DNA from: Candidatus Hodarchaeota archaeon
Lineage (GTDB): Archaea; Asgardarchaeota; Heimdallarchaeia; Hodarchaeales; Hodarchaeaceae
Assembly (NCBI GenBank): GCA_016839815.1
Contig: JAEOTM010000136.1
Span: 1 to 10,124, forward strand
Length of the DNA stretch: 10,124 nucleotides
Direction of reading: 5' to 3'
Notes under the pieces: model-generated
Told to the model about the DNA's origin: nothing
The model's database searches: none
Seen by the model: the letters and a program-made list of their open reading frames with translations, nothing else
Made by a program: the position numbers and the translations under genes
Part shown: piece after piece, positions 1-7,215 of the stretch
Position numbering within the stretch: position 1 is the first letter of the stretch
Layout: every line of letters starts with the position of its first letter

Positions 1-1350
1 ACCTGTTATGCAGCTGATCGTACAGGACACGCGCTCCTCCATACTCTTTACGAACAGTGTGTAAGGCAAGGTGTAAAATTCTATGATGAATTTTTCTTGA
101 TTGATCTCATCTCAGTCGGAAATCAAGTAACAGGTGGACTTACCCTTGATTTATCAACTGGAGAATTAGTTACATTCCGAGCTCCATATGTTATTTTAGC
201 TACAGGAGGCTTTGGACGAATCTTTAAAGCAAGTACAAATGCGGTAATTTGTACTGGCGATGGTGTAGGTGCCGCTTTCCGTGCGGGAGTTCCGATGCAA
301 GATTGCGAGTTTGTCCAGTTTCATCCAACTTGTCTATATGGTTCTGATATTTTGATGAGTGAGGGTGCCCGTGGAGAAGGTGGATTACTGTATAATAACA
401 AAAAAGAGCGGTTTATGCTAGAAGTTGCTCCTGAAGCTAAAGAATTAGCTCCTCGAGATATCGTTGCACGTGCAATAACCACCGAAATTAACGAAGGTCG
501 TGGATTCGAGGATGCCTATGTGAATTTAGATCTAACTCACCTTGGCGCGGAGCGGATTAAAGAACGTTTACCTGGAATTCGTGATATTGCAATTGACTTT
601 GCAGGGGTGGATTCAATAGAAAAGCCTATTCCTGTTCACGCTGGACACCACTACAGTATGGGAGGAATAGGTACGAAGTATGATGGTGATTTTTGTGAAA
701 CATCCCTTGATGGATTGTGGGCGGTTGGAGAAAATGCTGCAGTCTCTGTACATGGTGCCAATCGCTTAGGCGGCAATAGCTTACTTGAAACGGCGGTCTT
801 CGGCAGATTTGTAGGAAGAAAAATGCTCGAAAGAGGATTACCTTCTCTTCCTTCAACTGAGGATATTATATCGGTGGAGAAGGATATGTTAGACAAAATC
901 GAATCACTTTTCAACAAGTGGGAATCAAATTCTGGGAAGAAACCAGTTGAAATCCGTGAGGCAATGGGTGAGACTCTAAGTCGTAATGTGTTTGTTTTTC
1001 GGAAGGAATCAGAGCTTCAACAGGCTGTAGATGATTTAAAGGAACTTCAGAATGAATTTGTGAACATTTCTCTTAAGAATATTAGTTCTTCAGAAGCTAG
1101 GAAATTTAATTACGGATTAATCCGCACTCTCGAATTACGCAATATGATCGATATAGCAGAAGTTACATGTTTCGCTTCTTTATGGAGAAAAGAAAGTCGG
1201 GGTGCCCATTATCGGACTGATTATCCTACTCGTAATGATGAAAAATTTCTTGTCCATTCCATGGTTCTCCGAAACGAGGAAGGTGATCTTGAAATGCAAA
1301 CCAAACCAGTTAAATTGGGATTTTTTGAACCTAAACCAAGGGAGTATTGA
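1..1350 (+). CDS. sdhA: Succinate dehydrogenase/fumarate reductase flavoprotein subunit, 5'-truncated by the window edge
   Basis: Frame 1 is open from base 1 (TCYAADRTGHALLHTLYEQ, a conserved SdhA segment), so the track's start at 97 is artefactual. Motifs: VILATGG, QFHPT, SEGARGEGG, ELAPRDIVAR, HYSMGGI, SVHGANRLGGNSLLE, RKESRGAH. Stop TGA at 1348-1350. Followed directly by an Fe-S subunit gene. Confidence 0.96.
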   Translation, partial: TCYAADRTGHALLHTLYEQCVRQGVKFYDEFFLIDLISVGNQVTGGLTLDLSTGELVTFRAPYVILATGGFGRIFKASTNAVICTGDGVGAAFRAGVPMQDCEFVQFHPTCLYGSDILMSEGARGEGGLLYNNKKERFMLEVAPEAKELAPRDIVARAITTEINEGRGFEDAYVNLDLTHLGAERIKERLPGIRDIAIDFAGVDSIEKPIPVHAGHHYSMGGIGTKYDGDFCETSLDGLWAVGENAAVSVHGANRLGGNSLLETAVFGRFVGRKMLERGLPSLPSTEDIISVEKDMLDKIESLFNKWESNSGKKPVEIREAMGETLSRNVFVFRKESELQQAVDDLKELQNEFVNISLKNISSSEARKFNYGLIRTLELRNMIDIAEVTCFASLWRKESRGAHYRTDYPTRNDEKFLVHSMVLRNEEGDLEMQTKPVKLGFFEPKPREY

Positions 1351-1356
1351 AGGTGA
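1351..1356 (+). promoter_or_regulatory. Shine-Dalgarno-like site (AGGTGA) for sdhB
   Basis: AGGTGA lies 5 nt before the ATG at 1362, directly after the sdhA stop. It matches the GGAGGTGA-type consensus. Confidence 0.6.
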
Positions 1357-1361
1357 AAGAA

Positions 1362-2126
1362 ATGGTTACGAAACAGAAATTTTTAGTTTACAGAAAGAAT
1401 CCAGCGGATGCTCCCCGATATGAACGATATGAAGTTCCATTGAAACCAGGTATGAGCATTCTAGAAGCACTGTTTTATATACAGGACAATTATGATTCCA
1501 ACTTCACCTTCCGTTATGCTTGTCGAGGGGCAATTTGTGGTTCCTGCGGTATGACGATTGATAAGTTCCCCCAACTAGCATGTAGAACTCAGGTTGTTTC
1601 TGTAAAGGCAACTAAGAAGCCTCTAAAGCTCCCAGAGCTAAAATTTGGTGAAGTTCCCCATGATTGGGATGAGAATACGGAAATATTAATTGAACCACTA
1701 CCAAATATGGAAATTGTCAAAGACTTAGTTGTGGAAATGGAACCGTTTTGGAAATTTTATAAAGAAGTTCAACCATATTTTGTTCGGGATTATAATGATG
1801 CTCAACCAGAATCGTTACAGACTTATGATGATGCCCGATCGATCGAAAATCTCGTATACTGCATATTATGTGGCATCTGTTGGACATGTCCCGTGAATGC
1901 GACCAATCCAGATTATCTAGGTCCAACAGCATTAGCAAAAGCCTATCGATTCATTGCTGATACGCGTGTAGATGACAAACACAGAGCAGACATAGTCGAT
2001 CGGGTTACAAAGGATGATGGAATTCCTGCTTGCGAGAAACACTTTGTTTGCAATAGAGTTTGTCCAAAAGGAGTTCGACCTGGTACAGCAATTCAAAACA
2101 TCCGGAAAGAACATCTAACCCCTTAA
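1362..2126 (+). CDS. sdhB: Succinate dehydrogenase/fumarate reductase iron-sulfur subunit
   Basis: [2Fe-2S] motif CRGAICGSC-x11-C, IEPL...KDLVV, cluster motif CILCGICWTCP, YLGPTAL, and [3Fe-4S]-type CEKHFVCNRVCPKG. ATG 1362 is preferred over TTG 1347 because of the AGGTGA site. Confidence 0.95.
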   Translation: MVTKQKFLVYRKNPADAPRYERYEVPLKPGMSILEALFYIQDNYDSNFTFRYACRGAICGSCGMTIDKFPQLACRTQVVSVKATKKPLKLPELKFGEVPHDWDENTEILIEPLPNMEIVKDLVVEMEPFWKFYKEVQPYFVRDYNDAQPESLQTYDDARSIENLVYCILCGICWTCPVNATNPDYLGPTALAKAYRFIADTRVDDKHRADIVDRVTKDDGIPACEKHFVCNRVCPKGVRPGTAIQNIRKEHLTP

Positions 2127-2159
2127 GTCGTATGCTTAGGGTTATAACGAGGTACATGT

Positions 2160-3563
2160 ATGACTAAATTTCGTGTTGAAAAAGATAGCATAGGGAAAGT
2201 ACAAGTCCCTAAAGATTGTTATTGGGGTGCTCAAACTCAACGGTCCATTGAAAATTTTCCTTTTGAGTCTGCAGCTCATATTCCGTTTCCTCAAGAATTT
2301 ATTAAGGCTCTGGGAATTGTAAAGAAAGCTTGTGCAGATGTAAACAGAGAACTTGGTATAATACCAGCAGAAATCGCGAAAATAATTATTCAAGCTGCCC
2401 AAGAGGTCATCGATGGTGAGTTGAACGATCAATTTCCATTAATGATCTGGCAGACTGGTTCTGGTACTCAAACAAATATGAATATGAATGAAGTGATAGC
2501 AAATCGGTCGAATGAAATTCTTGGGAGTCCAAAAGGAGCTAATAAACCAATCCATCCAAATGATCATGTAAATCGGTCCCAGTCTTCAAATGATGTAATA
2601 CCGACAGCTATGCATTTAGTAGCAGTTTCTTCGATAACTCATGATCTCATTCCTTCTTTAAAAGTACTGAGAGATGCATTACAAAAGAAAGAAGAAGAAT
2701 ATGCAGATATTATCAAGACAGGAAGGACGCATAATCAAGACGCGACACCTATATCCTTTGGTCAGGTCTTTTCAGGTTACAGAACTCAGATTGAGAAGGG
2801 GATAAAACGGGTTGAGAATTCCTTATCCAATCTTTACGAGTTAGCATTAGGTGGATCAGCAGTAGGTACAGGTCTAAATACCCATCCAAAGTTTGCAAAA
2901 CGAGTTGCAAAAGTGATATCCGAACTAACAAATCTTCCGTTTATAACAGGGGGAAATAAATTCGAGGGAATAGCAGCTCATGATGCAATTGTCGAGATGA
3001 GTGGGGCCTTACGTGTAATTGCTGTTAGTCTTATGAAGATAGCAAATGATATTCGATGGTTGGGATCAGGCCCACGAAATGGATTAGGTGAATTAATCCT
3101 TCCCATGAATGAGCCTGGATCATCTATTATGCCTGGTAAAGTAAATCCAACACAGGCAGAATCTGTTACTCAAGTGGTTGCACAAGTTATTGGGAACGAT
3201 GCTACTATTGGATTCGCAGGTTCTCAAGGAAGTATGGAGCTCAATGTATTCAAACCTGTAATGATCTACAATCTCCTACAATCGATATACCTATTATCCA
3301 ATGTTTCCAAGAATTTCGCTCAAAAATGTATTTCTGGGTTGATAGTGAATGAGGGAAAAGTTAAAGCTGATTTAGAAAAGAATTTAACGCTAGTTACCAG
3401 TCTTACTCCGTTAATTGGATATGAAATGGCATCTACAGTTGCTCATGAAGCTTATAAAACCCAAAAGACATTGAAGGAAGTTTTACTCGCTAAAAAACTT
3501 CTTTCTGAAAATGAGATAGATAATGCACTAGACCCTTCGAAAATGATCTCACCAAAGGCGTAA
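2160..3563 (+). CDS. fumC: Class II fumarate hydratase
   Basis: RVEKDSIG, YWGAQTQRS, WQTGSGTQTNMNMNEV, HPNDHVN-SQSSND, GRTHxQDATP and the fumarate-lyase signature GSSIMPGKVNPTQ. GAGGT RBS at 2149-2153. Lies 33 nt after sdhB. Confidence 0.96.
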   Translation: MTKFRVEKDSIGKVQVPKDCYWGAQTQRSIENFPFESAAHIPFPQEFIKALGIVKKACADVNRELGIIPAEIAKIIIQAAQEVIDGELNDQFPLMIWQTGSGTQTNMNMNEVIANRSNEILGSPKGANKPIHPNDHVNRSQSSNDVIPTAMHLVAVSSITHDLIPSLKVLRDALQKKEEEYADIIKTGRTHNQDATPISFGQVFSGYRTQIEKGIKRVENSLSNLYELALGGSAVGTGLNTHPKFAKRVAKVISELTNLPFITGGNKFEGIAAHDAIVEMSGALRVIAVSLMKIANDIRWLGSGPRNGLGELILPMNEPGSSIMPGKVNPTQAESVTQVVAQVIGNDATIGFAGSQGSMELNVFKPVMIYNLLQSIYLLSNVSKNFAQKCISGLIVNEGKVKADLEKNLTLVTSLTPLIGYEMASTVAHEAYKTQKTLKEVLLAKKLLSENEIDNALDPSKMISPKA

Positions 3564-3573
3564 TTTGTTGCGT

Positions 3574-3580
3574 AAAAAAA
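3574..3580 (-). terminator. Oligo-T (T7) archaeal-type terminator candidate for the SRPBCC gene
   Basis: A7 on the + strand gives T7 on the - strand 1 nt after the TAA stop, in the 18-nt gap between convergent genes. Confidence 0.4.
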
Positions 3581-3581
3581 T

Positions 3582-4022
3582 TTATTTCTCCACAAGAGAC
3601 TGCAATCCCTGTAAAACAATATCCCAATTTTCCATTGAATGAAGATATTGTTCCTCCTTGCTGAATTCTCCTTGTGATACAAGTAATCGGGTGTTAAGTT
3701 TCGATTTTTCCAGTTTAAATGTCACATAGGTGTGTTTGGAGATATCATCTTCAAATTCAGGAGCAAAGCAGCTATATCTAAGGAATTTTTCTTCTTTTAC
3801 TTCTTGAATAAATCCTTTAACTGGAATGACCTCTTTACCATCAGATATCATCTTATATAAAATCGGATCACCTGTTTTCCAGTCAGAAATTGCTTCACAA
3901 CTTAAGAAATATTGTTTGGTTTTTTTAGGGTCTGTTAGAGCATCCCATACTACTGATGGGTCAGCTTTGATGATAATATCCTTTTCTACAGTAAAACTTT
4001 TTATCACAATTATTCCCAGCAT
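3582..4022 (-). CDS. SRPBCC (AHSA1/CalC-like, START/Bet v1 fold) ligand-binding protein
   Basis: Typical pattern IxA.psxVWDALTDPxxxKQYF...SDWKxGxPI...G.I.Ev.exkxLrY...VTFxL...T.L.vsq...W..vLqgLxslvE. The true start may be GTG at 4007. Confidence 0.85.
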   Translation of the reverse strand: MLGIIVIKSFTVEKDIIIKADPSVVWDALTDPKKTKQYFLSCEAISDWKTGDPILYKMISDGKEVIPVKGFIQEVKEEKFLRYSCFAPEFEDDISKHTYVTFKLEKSKLNTRLLVSQGEFSKEEQYLHSMENWDIVLQGLQSLVEK

Positions 4023-4034
4023 GTTGAGATTCAG

Positions 4035-4042
4035 TTTAAATA
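4035..4042 (-). promoter_or_regulatory. TATA-box candidate (TATTTAAA) for the SRPBCC gene
   Basis: About 27 nt upstream of GTG 4007, the spacing expected for a leaderless archaeal transcript. The AT-rich background weakens the call. Confidence 0.3.
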
Positions 4043-4170
4043 GTCTATATCCAGAGTTTGATAAAAAAATACTGATCAGAATACCGTAAAATAAAGGTAT
4101 AATTGTAAACCTTTTTCTGTAATAATATTTTCATTCTATCTATAGAATTCGGATTCGTAGGTAATTAGTT

Positions 4171-4725
4171 ATGCTAAAACCTCTGTACGCAACAAGGAAA
4201 CGTATCCTAATTACGGTCGTATCTTGCCTTGTAGTAGGGGTTATTCTTGGAATGGTTTTTGTCCAAGTTTGGTTTGACTATGAGGTCAAGAAACAACTTA
4301 AAGCCACAGAAACCAGCATCAATTCTATTGAAATTCTTAACATTAGTTATACAACAAAAAGCGCTAATTTAACCGTCAATACATCTATTTCTAATCCTCA
4401 TGACCTTGATATTACCATTTCAGAGACTAATTTCTCTGTTGAATATCATGGAACGAATATGGGTGTGGTTTGTATGCCTAAGATCATCTTAACAACCCAT
4501 TTAGAGTCTCTTGTCTTCAATACCACATTTGTTCTTGGAGGAATTTCGTTGTTTACTTACCTAAAATTTGGCGGTGATCTTGTAGATGGAGAAGTTGCAG
4601 TTAATATTACAGGTAAATTGACATTGAGTGCTCCAGCATTATTCTTTAGAGTATATTCAACTACAAGTATTAATTCAGAAATTGTGCTAACAACAGACCT
4701 AATTACATCTACAAATCTGGATTAG
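4171..4725 (+). CDS. Single-pass membrane protein with a LEA_2/WHy-like domain
   Basis: Basic patch RKR followed by a hydrophobic helix (ILITVVSCLVVGVILGMVFV), then a beta-rich domain with ISNPHDLDITISETNFSVEYHGTNMG resembling the LEA_2 NPN-x-x-x-i-x-i...y.v...g..lg pattern. Its stop overlaps the convergent cysM stop by 4 nt. Confidence 0.7.
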   Translation: MLKPLYATRKRILITVVSCLVVGVILGMVFVQVWFDYEVKKQLKATETSINSIEILNISYTTKSANLTVNTSISNPHDLDITISETNFSVEYHGTNMGVVCMPKIILTTHLESLVFNTTFVLGGISLFTYLKFGGDLVDGEVAVNITGKLTLSAPALFFRVYSTTSINSEIVLTTDLITSTNLD

Positions 4726-5687
4726 GATCCGAAAACTCCTTTACTCAAATATTTTTGACCTGAATCTGGAAAAACAGTTACTATAGTTCCTTGTGCGTCT
4801 GGATTACCTTTTAACCACGTGAGGATCCCATGTAACACTGCTCCTGAACTGGGACCAACAAGTAAAGAGGATTCAGAAGCGAGTCTGCGAGACATTTTAT
4901 TTGCATCTCCTTCAGCTACTTGAAAAATCTCATCTAATTCCTCTCGTCGTAGAATACTGGGTACTTCCTTAACCGCATTTGTATTCTTCAGGCCTGGGAT
5001 TACATCATTAACGGTTGGTTCTACCCCAAAAACCTTGAGATCAGGATTTTGCTCTTTTAAGAATCTACTAATACCTATTATTGTACCTCCAGTACCAAGT
5101 CCTGCAAATAAATAGTCCACATTTCCATGGGCTTGAGCCCAGATCTCTGGGCCAGTGGTACAGTAGTGAGTTTTCCAATTAGTGTCATTGTTAAATTGAT
5201 CAAGCATGATATACTCATTGGGGAATTTTTGAGCCATTTCACGTGCTTTTTGTATTGCACCATCCATTCCTTTATCCCCTGGTGTTGAAATAATACGTGC
5301 ACGATATGAGCGTAAGATATCTAGACGTTCTTTACTCATGGAGTCAGGGATAACTAAAGTGATGTCAATTCCAAGTAATCTACCTACCCAAGCTAATCCA
5401 ATACCTGTATTTCCTGAAGTTGGTTCAATCACACATCTTCCATTAAGTGTGCCTGATTTCTGAAGCTCTTCAAGCATATAAAGGGCAATTCGATCTTTTA
5501 CTGACCCCCCAAAATTGAACATTTCGAGCTTTGCAAATACCCTAACATCTGGAAAAGGAGCTAATTCTGGCAAATTAACCAGTTCTATCAGAGGGGTATT
5601 ACCTACATAATGAAAAGCTGGAGGGTGTTTGTGTTTTTCTGGAGTGTAATGTGGGGGAGAATAACTCTCAACAAAAGTAGTCACCAT
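4722..5687 (-). CDS. cysM: PLP-dependent cysteine synthase family protein, CysM-like
   Basis: VGNTPLI, AKLExxNxGGSVKDR (PLP lysine), EPTSGNTGIGLA, DQFNN, HYxTTGPEI, GLGTGGT, GPSSGA, VFPDSGxKYLS. It has IPGL (CysM-like) instead of the CysK HKIQGIG loop. Confidence 0.85.
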   Translation of the reverse strand: MVTTFVESYSPPHYTPEKHKHPPAFHYVGNTPLIELVNLPELAPFPDVRVFAKLEMFNFGGSVKDRIALYMLEELQKSGTLNGRCVIEPTSGNTGIGLAWVGRLLGIDITLVIPDSMSKERLDILRSYRARIISTPGDKGMDGAIQKAREMAQKFPNEYIMLDQFNNDTNWKTHYCTTGPEIWAQAHGNVDYLFAGLGTGGTIIGISRFLKEQNPDLKVFGVEPTVNDVIPGLKNTNAVKEVPSILRREELDEIFQVAEGDANKMSRRLASESSLLVGPSSGAVLHGILTWLKGNPDAQGTIVTVFPDSGQKYLSKGVFGS

Positions 5688-5849
5688 TCACCATTTCGAC
5701 CTCAATCCAATCATTTCACTTAAACTTCTTTAAATACACGATTCGTATTCCGTAAAAAATGGAACGTGATATTACAATGTAGTTACACAGAAGATAGTAA
5801 CATAGCAAATACATGCAAAAGACGGCATATTGCTAGAGAAACAGATGCT

Positions 5850-5862
5850 AAAGCTTTAATAC
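5850..5862 (+). promoter_or_regulatory. BRE/TATA-like promoter candidate (AAAGCTTTAATAC)
   Basis: Purine run followed by TTTAATA in the divergent intergenic region upstream of the 367-aa membrane protein. Confidence 0.35.
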
Positions 5863-5942
5863 AGATAAAAATCATCCTACATGAAACAACGTTGCATTTA
5901 TTCAAATACTAAATGGATGTGTCGTAGATTACAGAGAATAAC

Positions 5943-7046
5943 GTGGAAATAAGTGAAGTCGCTTTAAAGCAAAGACGAATAAAATTACGAATCTTAGGTG
6001 CTGGTTTACTCCTAATCTTTCTTTCTTTATTATTAGAACAATTTTTTGTTCAATTAAGATATCCCCCTGAATTGAAACTACCTCCAGCATTACAACCTGC
6101 ATGGACGAGTGACGTTAATCGAGTTAAAACTATGCAATTTGTAGGGGATGTGGGAATTCTAATTGGATGGATTATTCTAATAATTGGAGCTTTGTTGGTG
6201 ATATACGGTTTCATTAATACTCTTTTAGATCCACATTTGCGTGTACCACGACGATTTGAGCAGAATTTGGTAGATGCCATAAGAGTAAATCTTGTGAGCG
6301 ATAGAAACTTCTTTATATTGTTTGTAGGATCATTGATTTTTGGTTTTATCTGGTTTTTTAACCTTTTAACCTATCCTGATATTGGTCCGCTATACTTTTT
6401 ACGGGAGCCTAATCTACAAGCCTATTACCCAACTGTACCTGCAGAGGATCTTCCTGCTCTCTCAACATATGGTGGATTTGCTGTAATTCAAGATACGGCA
6501 ATTCTCGGGCTTTTTATTTACGTAATCTATGTTCGACTGAGACCAGGGAAGCAATTTGCTGAGGATTTTGTGTCATTTGCGTTAGACCGAACAGCCTTCC
6601 TTGTCCTTTTAATAGGTGTGAGTATCTTTCATTCAGTTGGGCACCTTCCCTACGAGCTATACGGGAAAGGTCAATGGGGAACTGGCTACTCTGACCTAAG
6701 TTCTTGGATAGCCTTCGATAAAATTGCTCATGGTTTGACAAGCGCAGCAATAACTATGTTAATCGTCTATATCATAACCGATAAATTTTCAGATTATGGA
6801 GCTGAAAGCACTACTTCCAAACTATTCGGAATTGTGGTCGCCATTGCCTTTATGATCAGTTTAGGCCTTGCATGGGAAATTTTTGAGTGGATAACGAATG
6901 CTCTACTAGATCTGGGTCATTTTGTGGACGAAATTTTAGATGCTCCTAAAGATCTCGTATGGGACGCTATTGGTGCGGTTTTTGGGGCATGTCTGGCAGT
7001 AATAGATTTGTATCTCGAACGACCGAAGACTGAAAGTCCATCATGA
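5943..7046 (+). CDS. Polytopic membrane protein: unknown N-terminal TM region plus a C-terminal DUF2238/VanZ-like domain
   Basis: Many hydrophobic helices. The C-terminal part carries FHSVGH...Y, FDKIAH, AWEIFEW and DAPKDLVWDAIG. GTG start is uncertain. Confidence 0.7.
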   Translation: MEISEVALKQRRIKLRILGAGLLLIFLSLLLEQFFVQLRYPPELKLPPALQPAWTSDVNRVKTMQFVGDVGILIGWIILIIGALLVIYGFINTLLDPHLRVPRRFEQNLVDAIRVNLVSDRNFFILFVGSLIFGFIWFFNLLTYPDIGPLYFLREPNLQAYYPTVPAEDLPALSTYGGFAVIQDTAILGLFIYVIYVRLRPGKQFAEDFVSFALDRTAFLVLLIGVSIFHSVGHLPYELYGKGQWGTGYSDLSSWIAFDKIAHGLTSAAITMLIVYIITDKFSDYGAESTTSKLFGIVVAIAFMISLGLAWEIFEWITNALLDLGHFVDEILDAPKDLVWDAIGAVFGACLAVIDLYLERPKTESPS

Positions 7047-7215
7047 TAGCGTTTCAAGTCTTTGACTGCTTATTGAAATTTGAGTATTGTTTGAGTTTGA
7101 CCACAATCTTCATCTTGAAATAACAAATCTTTACACATACGAATAATGATTACTTTCAAAAAAATAAGATTATAATCCCTCTGTAGTTAGTAAAATATTC
7201 ATTCGGTGGCCCAAA

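Noticed and set aside
97-99. ORF-track start of the flavoprotein at 97
   Set aside because: The frame is open and SdhA-like from base 1, so the real start is upstream of the window.
1-1350. L-aspartate oxidase (NadB) as alternative identity
   Set aside because: ADRTGH and ANRLGGNSL motifs plus the adjacent Fe-S subunit indicate SdhA/FrdA.
2117-2143. Weak hairpin AACCC..TAAG-loop-CTTA GGGTT across the sdhB stop
   Set aside because: Short bulged stem with no U-tract, so it is insufficient to call a terminator or processing site.
626-2931. Short ORFs 626..856, 651..917, 1202..1423, 1717..1938, 1932..2114, 2142..2432, 2749..2931
   Set aside because: They overlap sdhA, sdhB or fumC antisense or out of frame and have no recognisable motifs; shadow ORFs.
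2160-3563. Aspartate ammonia-lyase as alternative identity
   Set aside because: WQTGSGTQTNMN and MNEPGSSIMPGKVNPTQ are fumarase-type, and the gene follows sdhAB.
5505-5514. C6/A4 homopolymers in cysM as a phase-variation or frameshift site
   Set aside because: The frame is intact and the runs simply encode Phe-Gly-Gly.
5803-5835. Hairpin as a SECIS element
   Set aside because: No AUGA/GA or clear GAA/A core, and no internal in-frame UGA at a conserved Cys position in nearby genes.
3452-6750. Short ORFs 3452..3682, 3826..4089, 5078..5302, 6050..6280, 6514..6750
   Set aside because: They overlap well-supported genes and show no family signal.
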